This document shows positions 40,075 through 51,031 of a stretch of DNA of 64,000 nucleotides, one piece after another. Location: assembly GCA_965601925.1 (NCBI GenBank), contig OZ271854.1, forward strand, positions 4,320,001 through 4,384,000. Direction: 5' to 3'. The notes under the pieces are model-generated. The model was given only the letters and a program-made list of their open reading frames with translations, did no database searches and had not been told where the DNA came from. Origin of the DNA: Alkalispirochaeta sp. (GTDB lineage Bacteria; Spirochaetota; Spirochaetia; DSM-27196; Alkalispirochaetaceae). The position numbers were made by a program, and so were the translations under genes. Position 1 is the first letter of the stretch. Every line of letters starts with the position of its first letter.

Positions 40075-40718
40075 ACCGCAGACGCCCCCTTTCGTCGAGT
40101 CGAGGTGAGGCAGCGGCGCTTCTCGTCGTGTTGACGCTCCAGGGAATCATCATTGCGGTCGACGAGGCGAGACTCACGGGCGGAGCTCTGGTTCTGTTGA
40201 TCGTCATAGCGCTCTCCGTTCGAGTCCCGTTGCGTAAGGTATACCGCGCCGGTCGCGCGATTCTCGTGATTCTGCTCCCGGTTCTCCTGTTGCGTCTTGT
40301 GGCCGATCCGTCCCTGCGTACCGCTGCGGAGTGGTCTATCTATCTCGCGCGCCTCCTTACGGCGGTGCTCATTGCCCTTCTCTATCTTCACCTCCGAGGC
40401 GGAATGGGGCTCCGCCGCGCGCTCTACACCGTCTTGGCTCCTCTTCCCGATGCGCTGCGTAGCGCAATAACGGATATGATCGCCTCCACGTTCCACCTCA
40501 CACCGATTCTCATACGCCGCCTCGCGGAGGCGCAAGGCGCCTCGCGCGTCAGACTTCGCAGGACGAGTCGCTTGCGTCCGTGGCGTCCGTATGCTGCCAT
40601 GGTTCGATCGTTTCTCATCTCCGTCGGCACCCTCCCCAGGGCGCGCGCCGAGGCGATGGTGGTTCGCGGGCTCATCGGTCGGCACGCACATGCGGAGGGC
40701 TTCGATGAGACCGCATGA
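40071..40718 (+). CDS. ECF transporter T component (BioN/EcfT-like)
   Basis: Hydrophobic, with AQ..R and AEAMVVRG coupling-helix motifs; operon position. Confidence 0.7.
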   Translation: MNRRRPLSSSRGEAAALLVVLTLQGIIIAVDEARLTGGALVLLIVIALSVRVPLRKVYRAGRAILVILLPVLLLRLVADPSLRTAAEWSIYLARLLTAVLIALLYLHLRGGMGLRRALYTVLAPLPDALRSAITDMIASTFHLTPILIRRLAEAQGASRVRLRRTSRLRPWRPYAAMVRSFLISVGTLPRARAEAMVVRGLIGRHAHAEGFDETA

Positions 40719-41193
40719 CCGGACGATCGCGGTCGTGCTTTACCAACCGGAGATTCCACCCAATACGGGAAACATCGCGCGCACGTGCGCCGCCGTGGGT
40801 GTTCCGCTGCATCTCATAGAGCCGCTGGGTTTCTCGATCGAGGACCGTATGGTGCGACGCGCAGGATTGGACTATTGGTCGTCGCTCGATTTGACCGTGC
40901 ACGAGGACTGGGAGTCTTTTGTACGCACCGAGAAGGTCACCGAGCCGGCGCTCATAACAACCAAGGGTACCCGCGCGTACACGACCATCGAGGCACCGGC
41001 GGATTCGTCGCCGCTGCATCTCATATTCGGGCCCGAAACACGCGGTTTGCCGCCGGAGATTCTTGATCGGTGGCCCGGGCGCCGATATCGTATACCGATG
41101 CGGCCGGGGTTACGGTCTCTCAACTTGGCAAACTCCGTCGCGGTCGTCGTCTACGGCCAGCTTGCACGGCACGGTTTTCAGGGATTGACATAA
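40705..41193 (+). CDS. trmL: tRNA (cytidine/uridine-34-2'-O)-methyltransferase
   Basis: PEIPPNTGNIARTC, RRAGLDYW, FGPETRGL and RSLNLAN motifs. Confidence 0.93.
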   Translation: MRPHDRTIAVVLYQPEIPPNTGNIARTCAAVGVPLHLIEPLGFSIEDRMVRRAGLDYWSSLDLTVHEDWESFVRTEKVTEPALITTKGTRAYTTIEAPADSSPLHLIFGPETRGLPPEILDRWPGRRYRIPMRPGLRSLNLANSVAVVVYGQLARHGFQGLT

Positions 41194-41230
41194 CGACCCG
41201 ACGGTTTGTCGGGAGCAGAGGAGATATGAG

Positions 41231-42025
41231 ATGCGACAGATCGGAATAATGGGATTGGGCTTCATGGGTTCGGCAATCGCCAGGGCGATACGGCGGCGCT
41301 ACCCCGATCTGCGTATCGGTGTGGTGGAGAAAGATGCGTCCCGACGAGCAGCGGCCGTTGCCGAGCTCGAGGCGGTCGACTACAACGCTTCTCCGGCCAA
41401 ACTCGTCTCCTCCTCCGAGGCGCTCGTGGTAGCGATCAAACCGCAGGACATCGCCTCGTTCTCAGAGACCGTCGGCGCCGTTCCCGCCGACCGGTTGCTC
41501 ATCTCGGTACTGGCCGGGACGTCAATTGATCGCGTCGGCGAGTTCACCGGCTCACAGCGCGTGGTCCGCATCATGCCCAATCTCGCCGCCGACGTCGGTC
41601 GTTCCGTGGTCGGTGTCACGTTCGCCGACGGTATCGGTGACGAGGAGCGGAAATCGGCCCTCGACCTCCTAGATGGACTCGGGACGCTGCTGGAAATTCC
41701 CGAGCGTCTGATGGCCGCGATCACGGGGCTCGCCGGGAGCGGAATCGCCTTCGCGTTCGACTTCATTCACGCCTTGGCGATGGGCGGCGTAGAACAGGGA
41801 CTCCCCTACTCTCAAGCGCTGACCGCGGCGTTGGAGGTGGTAGAGTCGGCGGCAATCCTCATTCGTCACAGCGGCACTCACCCCCAAGAGCTCGTCTCCC
41901 GTGTGTGCTCACCGGCCGGTACGACCGTGGCGGGTATACGCGCACTGGCCGCCGGCGGTCTTCAGGAAACGGTGATGGATGCCGTCGGAAAGGCCGCCGC
42001 GCGTTCCCGAAAGCTCGAAGGATAA
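41231..42025 (+). CDS. proC: Pyrroline-5-carboxylate reductase
   Basis: GLGFMG, AIKPQ, RIMPN, GSG and VCSPAGTT motifs. Confidence 0.92.
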   Translation: MRQIGIMGLGFMGSAIARAIRRRYPDLRIGVVEKDASRRAAAVAELEAVDYNASPAKLVSSSEALVVAIKPQDIASFSETVGAVPADRLLISVLAGTSIDRVGEFTGSQRVVRIMPNLAADVGRSVVGVTFADGIGDEERKSALDLLDGLGTLLEIPERLMAAITGLAGSGIAFAFDFIHALAMGGVEQGLPYSQALTAALEVVESAAILIRHSGTHPQELVSRVCSPAGTTVAGIRALAAGGLQETVMDAVGKAAARSRKLEG

Positions 42026-42109
42026 TCACCGGAGAGAGTGGCGGCGCGCTCGCCTCCCACCGCACATCCCCGCTTGTTGCGACAATCGAGCTCGGGTAAG
42101 ATTCGCACC

Positions 42110-43399
42110 ATGCTCGACTTGAAATATGTGCGTGAAAACCCCGACGTAATCCGCGAGAACGTCCGCCGCCGTAACGTTGCGGCCGATGTCGATCGCGTCA
42201 TCGATCTCTACGACCGACGTCTCGAGGCGATCAAATCGGTTGAGGCCCTCAGGGCGGCGCGTAACGAGAACGCACGCTCGATGAAACAAAAACTCTCCGA
42301 CGAGGAACGGTCGCGCTACGTGGAGGACGGTAAGCGTATCAAGAGCGACATCGCGGCGAAGGAGGAAGAGCTCCGTGCCGTCGAGACGGCGCTCAAAGAG
42401 GCGGCTGAGGCTCTGCCCAATCTGACCCATCCCGACACGCCGGTTGGGAACGACGAGACGGCCAATCGGGAGCTCGAGATCGTCGGCACCGTGCCGCAAT
42501 TCTCCTTTGCCCCGCGCGACCACCTTGACTTGGGACAGTCGCTCGATGTGGTCGACTTTCAACACGCGGCAACCGTGTCGGGGGCGAAGTTTTACTACCT
42601 GCGCAATCAGGGCGTCTATCTCGAGTTGGCTTTGGTCCGATTTGCGCTCGACATCCTTGCCGAGCGCGGGTTTACACCGATGATCACGCCGGACATCGCC
42701 CGAACGGACGTCGTCTCCAATATCGGATTCAACCCCAGAGGTCCGGAATCGAACATCTATAACATCGAGGGTGAAGAGACCAGTCTCGTCGGTACGGCGG
42801 AGATCACCCTCGGAGGATACTACGCCGGCCACACGTTGGACCGCGCGGAACTTCCGATCCGAATGGCCGGCCTGTCACATTGCTTTCGACGCGAGGCGGG
42901 TTCGGCGGGTCAGTTCTCGCGCGGTTTGTATCGAGTGCACCAGTTCACAAAGGTCGAGATGTTCATCGTCGCCCATCCCGATCAATCGGAGGCGCTCCAC
43001 GACGAGATGCTCACCATCGAAAAGGAAATCTTTTCTCGTCTGGAGATTCCGTTTCGTGTGCTCGATATCTGCACAGGCGACCTCGGCGGCCCGGCCTACA
43101 GAAAGTTCGATCTCGAGGCGTGGATGCCCGGTCGCGGCGAGGGCGGAGAGTGGGGAGAAATCACCAGCACTTCAAATTGCACCGACTTCCAGAGCCGCCG
43201 CTTGAACATACGGTACTCGGGAACTACCGACGAGGGCAAAAAAGAAAAGGGATACGCGCATCTGCTCAACGGGACGGCGGTCGCCGTCTCACGAGCGATC
43301 ATCGCGATCCTCGAAAACTTTCAACGGGAAGACGGCTCGGTCGTCATTCCGAGCGCACTTCAGCCCTATACCGGATTCGAGAGGATCCACCGGGAATGA
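42110..43399 (+). CDS. serS: Seryl-tRNA synthetase
   Basis: MLDLKYVR, GTAE, CFRREAG, RVHQFTKVE, SNCTDFQSRR and LNGT motifs. Confidence 0.97.
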   Translation: MLDLKYVRENPDVIRENVRRRNVAADVDRVIDLYDRRLEAIKSVEALRAARNENARSMKQKLSDEERSRYVEDGKRIKSDIAAKEEELRAVETALKEAAEALPNLTHPDTPVGNDETANRELEIVGTVPQFSFAPRDHLDLGQSLDVVDFQHAATVSGAKFYYLRNQGVYLELALVRFALDILAERGFTPMITPDIARTDVVSNIGFNPRGPESNIYNIEGEETSLVGTAEITLGGYYAGHTLDRAELPIRMAGLSHCFRREAGSAGQFSRGLYRVHQFTKVEMFIVAHPDQSEALHDEMLTIEKEIFSRLEIPFRVLDICTGDLGGPAYRKFDLEAWMPGRGEGGEWGEITSTSNCTDFQSRRLNIRYSGTTDEGKKEKGYAHLLNGTAVAVSRAIIAILENFQREDGSVVIPSALQPYTGFERIHRE

Positions 43400-44523
43400 A
43401 CGTTATGTCGCCGCGCATCGTAGCGGAGATCGGCACCGCCCATGAGGGCGATCGTGAGCGCGCCCGTGCGCTCGTTGAGGCGGCGCGGGAGGCGGGAGCG
43501 GATACGGTGAAGTTTCAGCTCGTCCGTTCGGACGAGATTTTACACCCTCGATCCGGAACGGTTCACCTACCGGGGGGGCACGTCCCGCTCTACGACCGAT
43601 TTCGCGAACTTGAACGCAGCGAAGAGTTCTATACCGACCTTAAACGTATATGCCGCGAGGCCGACATTCGGTTTCTATGCACACCCTTCGGCATCGAGAG
43701 CGCACGGCTTTTGCGCCATATGGAGGTCGAAGAGATCAAGATCGCCTCCCCCGAGCTCAACCATATCCCGCTCCTGCGTGAGGTATCGACCTACCAAAAG
43801 CCGCTCATTTTATCCGTGGGAGTGGCGACCGTAAGCGACATCGACGAGGCGCTGTCGGTGGTACCGTCGAACGCGGTCACCTTGCTACAATGCGTCACCG
43901 CCTATCCGGCGCCCGAGGAGGAGTACAACCTTCGCGTCATCCCGTCGATGCGAGACCTCTTCGGCGTGCCCGTCGGGGTGTCGGACCACTCCCTCGATCC
44001 GGTCATCGTGCCGACGCTGGCCACACTCATGGGCGCCTCGATGATCGAAAAACACATCACATTGAGTCGCACCGACAACGGTCTTGACGATCCTATCGCC
44101 TTGGAGCCCGACGACTTTGCGACGATGGCCAGGGAAGTTCGCGACATTACGGAGCGACTCGCCGACGCCGGCGAAAAGGGCTCGATCGAGTATCATCGCG
44201 CACGGCTGACGATTGAGGAGCGCGCAAAGAGTCGACACGGCTCCGCTCGCGTAGAAAAGGTCTTGGGAACCGGTGTGAAGAGGCTTGCTCCCAGTGAGCA
44301 GCGTAACTACGGGTACACCAACCGCAGCATACACGCCCTCTCGAATCTCTCGGTAGGGCGTACGGTGACGAAGAAAAACACCGCAATCCTGCGCTCCGAG
44401 AAAAATCTTTCACCGGGCCTCCATCCTCGCTACTGGGACTCGATTCTCGGAGCCCGTCTCACGCGCGACATTGCGGCCGGCGACGGCGTTACCTGGGACC
44501 ATCTCCTTTCACGCGACCAATGA
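43396..44523 (+). CDS. NeuB/SpsE-family N-acetylneuraminate synthase-like protein with C-terminal SAF domain
   Basis: AEIG..H.G, VKFQ, KIAS, CVTAYP, GVSDH and IEKH motifs. Confidence 0.85.
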   Translation: MNVMSPRIVAEIGTAHEGDRERARALVEAAREAGADTVKFQLVRSDEILHPRSGTVHLPGGHVPLYDRFRELERSEEFYTDLKRICREADIRFLCTPFGIESARLLRHMEVEEIKIASPELNHIPLLREVSTYQKPLILSVGVATVSDIDEALSVVPSNAVTLLQCVTAYPAPEEEYNLRVIPSMRDLFGVPVGVSDHSLDPVIVPTLATLMGASMIEKHITLSRTDNGLDDPIALEPDDFATMAREVRDITERLADAGEKGSIEYHRARLTIEERAKSRHGSARVEKVLGTGVKRLAPSEQRNYGYTNRSIHALSNLSVGRTVTKKNTAILRSEKNLSPGLHPRYWDSILGARLTRDIAAGDGVTWDHLLSRDQ

Positions 44524-44583
44524 AGGGACCCAATCCGTGGCGACGCAACGCACTCTGCGGATTGCGCAATACCGTTGACGAAA

Positions 44584-44627
44584 TAAAAAACCGGGAGCGC
44601 CAAAATCCCCAAAAAAGCGCTCCCGGT
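44584..44627 (-). terminator. Intrinsic terminator downstream of acnA
   Basis: ACCGGGAGCGC/GCGCTCCCGGT stem followed by a U-tract on the minus strand. Confidence 0.8.
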
Positions 44628-44704
44628 GACGGGAAAAGAGCGGCAACGTATCGTTACCTAACACGATAAAAAATAACTACATCATGGACGAGTCGTCGAC
44701 CACA

Positions 44705-47419
44705 TCAGGCGACAAATTTCCGTAGTACCGTATGGAGAATTCCTCCGTTGCGGTAGTACTGCACCTCTACCGGCGTGTCGATTCGACACAACGTCGTGAA
44801 GCTGAACGTCGAGCCGTCCTCCTTCACGACATCCACGCGTACCTCTTGGCGCGGTTGCACCCCGTCGTCGATATGCACGGTAAAGGACTCGAAACCGGTC
44901 AGCCCTAAGCCGGTCCGCGATTCGCCGTTCGTGAACTCGAGCGGAAGGATACCCATACCGACCAAATTGCTCCGGTGGATTCGCTCGAAGCTCTCTGCAA
45001 TTACGACCTTGATCCCGAGGAGTTGCACACCCTTCGCGGCCCAGTCGCGAGACGAACCCATTCCGTAGTCCTTACCGGCGAGCACGACGGTCGGAATACC
45101 CTCAGCCTTGTAGCGCTCCGCAGCGTCGAAGATGCTTACCACCTCACGCGTCGGGGTATAGGTCGTCACCGATCCCTCGGTGCCCGGGGCGAGGAGATTA
45201 CGAAATCGAATGTTCGCGAAGGTGCCGCGCGTCATGATACGATCGTTTCCGCGACGGCTACCGTAGGAGTTGAAGTCTTTGCGCTCTACGCCCCTGTCGA
45301 CGAGAAACTCGCCGGCGGGACTATCGGGTGCGATCGCTCCCGCGGGGCTTATGTGGTCGGTCGTAATGCTGTCCCCGGCGACGACGAGAACCCGCGCGTC
45401 CTTGATCGGCTGAATCGCACGTACATCGAGCCCCATGTCCGTGAAAAACGGCGGTTCCTGAATGTAATTCGAGTCGGCGTTCCAGTCGTACAACGCCGAG
45501 CCGTCGGAGGGAATAGCGTTCCACTCCGGGTTCGAGTCCTCCAACCCGGCATAACTCTCGATGAATGCGTCGCGGTCGAGGGCCTGCCGCACGAACTCAC
45601 CCAGCTCTTCGGTAGTCGGCCAAATCTCCTTGAGGTAGACCGGCTTGCCCCCTTTATCGACGCCGATGGGATCGTTCGCAAGATCGATATCGACGGTGCC
45701 GGCGATCGCATACGCCACGACCAACGGCGGAGACATGAGAAAATTGGCCTTTGTATGCGGATTGATGCGCCCCTCGAAGTTGCGGTTGCCGGATAATACA
45801 CCGGCGACGACCAAGTCGCCCTCCTCGATCCCCTTCGCTACGTTTTCCGGAACGGGCCCGCTGTTACCGATACAGGTCGTGCAGCCGTACCCGACCAGAT
45901 AGAACCCCATCTGCTCGAGATAGGTCATAAGCCCGGTGCGTTGCAGATACTCGGTAACGACCATCGACCCCGGTGCAAAGCTCGTCTTGATCCACGGCTG
46001 TCGGTGCAGTCCGCGCTCGACGGCGTTTTTTGCGAGCAGTCCTGCGCCCAGGAGCACGCTCGGGTTACTCGTGTTGGTACAACTGGTGATGGCGGCAATA
46101 ACCACGTCGCCGTGGGTGAGCTCCTTGGTACCACCGTCGTCCAGCGTGATGGTCGCGTGTCGTGCCTTCTCTTCATCGCTCAACGCATACCCGCGCTCCT
46201 CTACGGGAGCCGCCAGCCCGCGCTGCCACTCGTCCTTTACATCGTTGATCGTAATACGGTCCTGCGGACGCTTGGGACCGGCGATGCTCGCCTCGACACT
46301 TCCGAGATCCAACTCAAGGACGGCCTCAAACTCCGGGTCGGGCGTATCGTCGGTACGGAATACCTCTTGCTCGCGGGCGTACTGTTCGACCGTCTTGATC
46401 AACTCCTCGCTTCGACCGGTCGACCACATATAATCGAGGGTCTGTTGATCGATGGGAAAGTAGCCGACCGTGGCACCGTACTCGGGCGCCATATTCGAGA
46501 TTGTGGCGCGGTCTGGAACGGTCATATGGCTGAGGCCGGTACCGAAGAACTCCACGAACTTGCCGACCACGCCGTGTTCGCGCAGCATTTGCGTTATTCG
46601 CAAGACGAGGTCGGTGGCGGTGATGCCGGGCCTGAGTGCGCCGGTAAGCTTGACCCCGACGACGTCGGGCGCGAGAACGTAGATCGGTTGTCCAAGCATG
46701 GCGGCCTCGGCTTCGATACCGCCGACGCCCCATCCGACGACGCCCAGGCCGTTTATCATCGGCGTATGGCTGTCGGTACCGACCAAAGAATCGAAGTATG
46801 CGACGGTACGTCCGTCGACCTCGCGCACCTGTACACACTTTCCAAGGTATTCAAGGTTCACCTGGTGGCAGATACCGCTGGCCGGCGGTACCACGGAGAA
46901 GTTCTCGAACGCACCCTGTCCCCAACGTAAAAACTCATATCGCTCTCGATTCCGTTGGAACTCGATCTCGGCGTTACGCTTGAGCGCATCGGAGCTGTTA
47001 AAAAAGTCTACCTGTACCGAGTGATCGATGACGAGATCGACGGGTAACTGCGGATTGATCTTCGCCGGATCGCCTCCGAGGCGCGCCATGGCGCTGCGCA
47101 TCGCGGCGAGGTCGACGACACTGGGTACCCCGGTGAAATCCTGTAGCAGCACCCGCGCCGGCTTAAAAGGTAGTTCGACCTTCTTCGGTGAGGCGGGATT
47201 GTACCGACCGATCGACTCCACGTGGTTTCGGGTGACTTCGTATCCGTCTTCGTTTCTGAGAATCGATTCGAGGAGTACACGAATCGAGAAGGGGAATCGT
47301 CGTATCTGTTCGAACCCCTGTTCGGAAAATGCCCGCAGGCTGAAGTACTCCACCTCGCCGAGAGGCGTCGCCATGTGCTTCTTAACGCCGAAGCTGTTTT
47401 CTCGAGACACGTCGCTCAT
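44705..47419 (-). CDS. acnA: Aconitate hydratase A
   Basis: [36 protein letters not shown] and [10 protein letters not shown] motifs; AAGGAG SD. Confidence 0.97.
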   Translation of the reverse strand: MSDVSRENSFGVKKHMATPLGEVEYFSLRAFSEQGFEQIRRFPFSIRVLLESILRNEDGYEVTRNHVESIGRYNPASPKKVELPFKPARVLLQDFTGVPSVVDLAAMRSAMARLGGDPAKINPQLPVDLVIDHSVQVDFFNSSDALKRNAEIEFQRNRERYEFLRWGQGAFENFSVVPPASGICHQVNLEYLGKCVQVREVDGRTVAYFDSLVGTDSHTPMINGLGVVGWGVGGIEAEAAMLGQPIYVLAPDVVGVKLTGALRPGITATDLVLRITQMLREHGVVGKFVEFFGTGLSHMTVPDRATISNMAPEYGATVGYFPIDQQTLDYMWSTGRSEELIKTVEQYAREQEVFRTDDTPDPEFEAVLELDLGSVEASIAGPKRPQDRITINDVKDEWQRGLAAPVEERGYALSDEEKARHATITLDDGGTKELTHGDVVIAAITSCTNTSNPSVLLGAGLLAKNAVERGLHRQPWIKTSFAPGSMVVTEYLQRTGLMTYLEQMGFYLVGYGCTTCIGNSGPVPENVAKGIEEGDLVVAGVLSGNRNFEGRINPHTKANFLMSPPLVVAYAIAGTVDIDLANDPIGVDKGGKPVYLKEIWPTTEELGEFVRQALDRDAFIESYAGLEDSNPEWNAIPSDGSALYDWNADSNYIQEPPFFTDMGLDVRAIQPIKDARVLVVAGDSITTDHISPAGAIAPDSPAGEFLVDRGVERKDFNSYGSRRGNDRIMTRGTFANIRFRNLLAPGTEGSVTTYTPTREVVSIFDAAERYKAEGIPTVVLAGKDYGMGSSRDWAAKGVQLLGIKVVIAESFERIHRSNLVGMGILPLEFTNGESRTGLGLTGFESFTVHIDDGVQPRQEVRVDVVKEDGSTFSFTTLCRIDTPVEVQYYRNGGILHTVLRKFVA

Positions 47420-47509
47420 CAATTGCACTCCTTTGGGGCTCAATATACCGTTCGCGAAAGGTGGTCGACTACCTTTTTCCTTACTGGTATAGTCGCCAAC
47501 GGAGGTCAT

Positions 47510-50500
47510 ATGGAAACAGGCACGATCAAAAATACCGGCACACTCCGACAACTATACCGAACGATGGTTACCGCTCGACAGATGGACCAGATCGAGCAGA
47601 GTTACACGTCTCGCGGAGAGGCTTTTTTCCACGTTTCGGGCGCCGGTCACGAAGGATCGATAGCACTCTATCCTCACCTGAAGGACGGGGATTGGCTTCA
47701 CTGTCACTATCGCGACAAAGCGCTCATGTTGGCTCGCGGCATCTCGCCGGAGATGTTTTTCATGAGCCTGTTCAATAAAGACGCCTCCCACTCCCGCGGA
47801 CGCCAGATGAACGCCCATATGAGTGCACCTGAGTTGAACATTCTCAGCATCGTGGGACCGGTGGGCAACAGCGCGCTTCAGGCCGCCGGCGTCGCCGAGA
47901 TGGTCAAGGATTACGCCGATAATCCGATCGTGCTGTGCTCGATCGGCGAGGGCACGACGCAGGAGAGCGAGGTCATAGAGGCGATCGGACATGCGGTGCG
48001 CGAACAGCTGCCCGTCCTCTTTTTGGTTCAAGACAACTCGTTTGCCATCTCTACAAAGACGCGAGGACAAACCTTTTACTCACGGCCGTCGGGCGAGGCG
48101 GACTCGTTCTACGGCATTCCCATTACGAGGATCGACGGCCGCCACGTTACGGCGGCCATCGATGCCTTCGGTCCGGTCGTCGAGACGATACGCCGCGATC
48201 GCACCCCGCAGATCATCGTTTTTTCGGTAGAACGCTTGCACAACCATACCAACGCCGACGACCAGCGCGCCTATCGCAGCGCCGACGAGATCGAGGAGGT
48301 TGCCCGCACGAGCGATCCGATAGCCCTCCTTCGAGGCGAGTTGACCGAGGCCGGTATATCGGCCGACGAGTTGGACAAAGAAGCGGAGGAGATTCGCTCC
48401 GATCTTATAGAGAGTGCCCGAGCCGCCCAAATGAGCGCCGAACCCGAGCCCTTTCCCGACGCCAAAGCACCGCTACCCGCCCGGCTGACCTCACCCGAGA
48501 GCGAGTATACCGGCTCCGGCGAGGGTGAGCTTGTAATGCTGGAGGCGATCCGGGAGGTCCTTGACGCACGTTTGGCCGGGGACGAACGGGTGACGCTCTT
48601 CGGCGAGGATCTGGAGGATCCCAAGGGAGACGTCTTCGGCATCACCCGCGGTTTGACCCAGAAGTACGGTCGACGGGTGCGCAACAGCCCTTTGAGCGAG
48701 TCGTTGATTCTCGGCGTCTCCATCGGACGCGCCTTAGCCGGCGGACGTCCGGTCGCCTTTTTGCAATTTGCCGATTTCCTGCCTATCGCCTACAACCAGA
48801 TTTTTGCCGAATTGGGGAGCATGTTCTGGCGAACCGACGGGAAATGGAGCGTCCCGGTAATCGTCATGATCACCGCCGGGGGGTACCGTCCGGGCCTCGG
48901 ACCCTTCCACGCTTCCACGTTGGAGGCGCTGGTTGCCCACACACCGGGAGTCGACGTATTCATGCCCTCCAGCGCCGGTGACGCGGCGGGATTGTTGAAC
49001 GCCGCCTTTGAGTCCGAGCGCCCGACGATTTTCTTTTACCCCAAAAATCAACTCAACGACCGATCACGCGCTACCAGCCGCGATACGGCAAAACAGCTCG
49101 TACCCATCGGCCGCGCGCGCCACGTGACGCGCGGTGAAGACATCACCATCGTCGGCTACGGCAACACGATTCCTCTGGCCGCCCGGGCGGCCGCCGTACT
49201 GGAAACGCACGGCGTCGGCGTCGACCTCATCGATCTACGCAGCCTCGTGCCCTGGGATGTGGATACCGTGGTGGCCAGTGTCGAGCGGACCGGCCGTTTG
49301 ATCGTCGCCCACGAAGACAACCATACGGCAGGATTCGGTGCGGAGGTCGTCTCCACCATCGCCGAGAAGAGTCGTCGTCACATTGCGGCGACGCGCGTGA
49401 CGCGGCCGGATACGTATGTGCCGTGTAACTTCGGTAACCAGCTGGAGATTCTCCCGTCGTACAAACGCATTCTCGAATCGGCGGTCGAACTCCTCGGCGG
49501 TTCGATCACGTGGAAAAAGCAAAACGGCGCCGAAACCGGTGTGTTCGATGTAGAGGCGATCGGATCCAGCCCGTCGGACGAGTCGATCTCGATGGTGGAG
49601 TGGATGGTCAAGCCGGGCGATTCGGTGGACGAGGGAGATCTCTTAGCCGAAGTCGAAGCTGACAAAGCGGCCGCGGAGCTGAAATCGCCGGTAGGCGGTA
49701 CGATAGCGGAGCTCTTGATACAGGTCGGAGACTCGGTCCCGGTCGGCACGCCGATCGCGCGGATCGACACCGGTGATAGACCGGTGCACGTCAAACCGCT
49801 GACGCGCGAGGATCCGGGCGAGCCGATCATTACCGGACTTGCGGACTTCGGTGCGGCGGACGTCCACTCGACGGCGGCGCACCAAGGCGGCACCAGACGG
49901 AGCATCGCGCCGGCGGCCACCGACACGTGTTTGATCGCCGGCGTCGCCTCGCGACGCGGTTCACGGATCGTCGAGAACCGGGAAATCGCCGACATGTCTT
50001 CCGATTGGGATGGAGAGGAAATCAAAAAGCGGATCGGTATCGAACGCCGCCCGTGGGTCGCCGACGGAGAGGATACGTTGAGTCTCGCCGTCGATGCGTC
50101 GCGCTCGGTTCTCTCCCAAACCGGCGTATCGCCGCAGGAGATCGACATGGTCATCTTCTCGACCGGTACGCCGACCAGCATCACCCCCTCGATGGCGACC
50201 CTCCTACAGTTCGAGCTCTCGAAAGACGGACCCGAGGTCCGTGGTACCGCGTACGATGTAAACGCGGCGTGCTCGGGATACATATACGGTCTCCAGCAGG
50301 CGTGGGATTTCTTGAGTAACTCCCCGACCGCAAAGGTACTCCTCGTAACGAGTGAGGTATTGAGCCCGCGTCTCAACATGCAGGATTTCGGTACCGCACC
50401 GATCTTCGGGGATGCCGCGACGGCCACCATTCTGGGCGGTGCCGACTCGTCCGTCGCCTCGCGCTCCCTCGCGTCCGTCGACCGCCCGGTAACGTCGGCG

Positions 50501-50890
50501 AAGGGAGAATCCGGCGATTCCCTGCGAGTACCGCAGGATGAGAGCCTTCCCATCACAATGGACGGGCCGGCGGTATATCTGGAAGCGATCAAGGCGATGA
50601 TGGATACCCTCACGTCGAGCGCCGAGGCGGCCGAAGTGAGGCCCGACGGGTTGGACCTGTACATCCCCCATCAAGCCAACCAGCGCATTATTAACGCTAT
50701 ACGCCAGCGCATGAAGCTCGCGCCCGAAAAGATGTACAGCAACATCGCCGATAACGGCAACACCTCATCGAGTACCATTCCGTTGTGTCTCGACGAGCTC
50801 CTGCCGACGCGAAAGCCGGATCAGCTGTGGGGTCTCACGGCCTTCGGTGGCGGATTCACCTTCGGTGCGGCGATCGTGAGAACGCGCTAA
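47510..50890 (+). CDS. Fusion of 2-oxoacid dehydrogenase E1alpha, E1beta, a lipoyl domain and 3-oxoacyl-ACP synthase III (FabH-like), 1126 aa
   Basis: GGAGG SD. E1a: GHE, HYRD, GEG..24..DN TPP motif, HTNADD. E1b: FGED, PLSE, QFADF, GPFH, DLRSL.P.D. Lipoyl: EVEADKA. KAS III: AACSG, FGD, HQAN, GNTSS, FGGG. Confidence 0.92.
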   Translation: METGTIKNTGTLRQLYRTMVTARQMDQIEQSYTSRGEAFFHVSGAGHEGSIALYPHLKDGDWLHCHYRDKALMLARGISPEMFFMSLFNKDASHSRGRQMNAHMSAPELNILSIVGPVGNSALQAAGVAEMVKDYADNPIVLCSIGEGTTQESEVIEAIGHAVREQLPVLFLVQDNSFAISTKTRGQTFYSRPSGEADSFYGIPITRIDGRHVTAAIDAFGPVVETIRRDRTPQIIVFSVERLHNHTNADDQRAYRSADEIEEVARTSDPIALLRGELTEAGISADELDKEAEEIRSDLIESARAAQMSAEPEPFPDAKAPLPARLTSPESEYTGSGEGELVMLEAIREVLDARLAGDERVTLFGEDLEDPKGDVFGITRGLTQKYGRRVRNSPLSESLILGVSIGRALAGGRPVAFLQFADFLPIAYNQIFAELGSMFWRTDGKWSVPVIVMITAGGYRPGLGPFHASTLEALVAHTPGVDVFMPSSAGDAAGLLNAAFESERPTIFFYPKNQLNDRSRATSRDTAKQLVPIGRARHVTRGEDITIVGYGNTIPLAARAAAVLETHGVGVDLIDLRSLVPWDVDTVVASVERTGRLIVAHEDNHTAGFGAEVVSTIAEKSRRHIAATRVTRPDTYVPCNFGNQLEILPSYKRILESAVELLGGSITWKKQNGAETGVFDVEAIGSSPSDESISMVEWMVKPGDSVDEGDLLAEVEADKAAAELKSPVGGTIAELLIQVGDSVPVGTPIARIDTGDRPVHVKPLTREDPGEPIITGLADFGAADVHSTAAHQGGTRRSIAPAATDTCLIAGVASRRGSRIVENREIADMSSDWDGEEIKKRIGIERRPWVADGEDTLSLAVDASRSVLSQTGVSPQEIDMVIFSTGTPTSITPSMATLLQFELSKDGPEVRGTAYDVNAACSGYIYGLQQAWDFLSNSPTAKVLLVTSEVLSPRLNMQDFGTAPIFGDAATATILGGADSSVASRSLASVDRPVTSAKGESGDSLRVPQDESLPITMDGPAVYLEAIKAMMDTLTSSAEAAEVRPDGLDLYIPHQANQRIINAIRQRMKLAPEKMYSNIADNGNTSSSTIPLCLDELLPTRKPDQLWGLTAFGGGFTFGAAIVRTR

Positions 50891-50912
50891 GAGGGGATCG
50901 GCGAATAGGGAC

Positions 50913-50953
50913 AAAAAAAGCCCCGGGGCAAAGGAGGTGAAAATCCCCGGAGC
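50913..50953 (-). terminator. Intrinsic terminator downstream of msrB with anti-SD loop (possible sRNA 3' end)
   Basis: Minus strand GCTCCGGGG-ATTTTCACCTCCTTTG-CCCCGGGGC-TTTTTTT. Confidence 0.85.
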
Positions 50954-51031
50954 ATGTTGTGATATTCCGTCTCGCTGTCACTATTGAGAACAACGACCGG
51001 GACGATCGGTTACACTACTCTCCGTGTTTTG

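Noticed and set aside
44584..44660. acnA terminator loop (UUUUUUGGGGAUUUUG) as a third anti-SD or CsrA-type sRNA
   Set aside because: The loop is G-rich rather than anti-SD, and a single GGA is insufficient evidence
47222..47509. 96-aa N-terminal extension of the fusion protein in the ORF track
   Set aside because: Overlaps acnA on the opposite strand; GGAGG and a -10 box support ATG 47510
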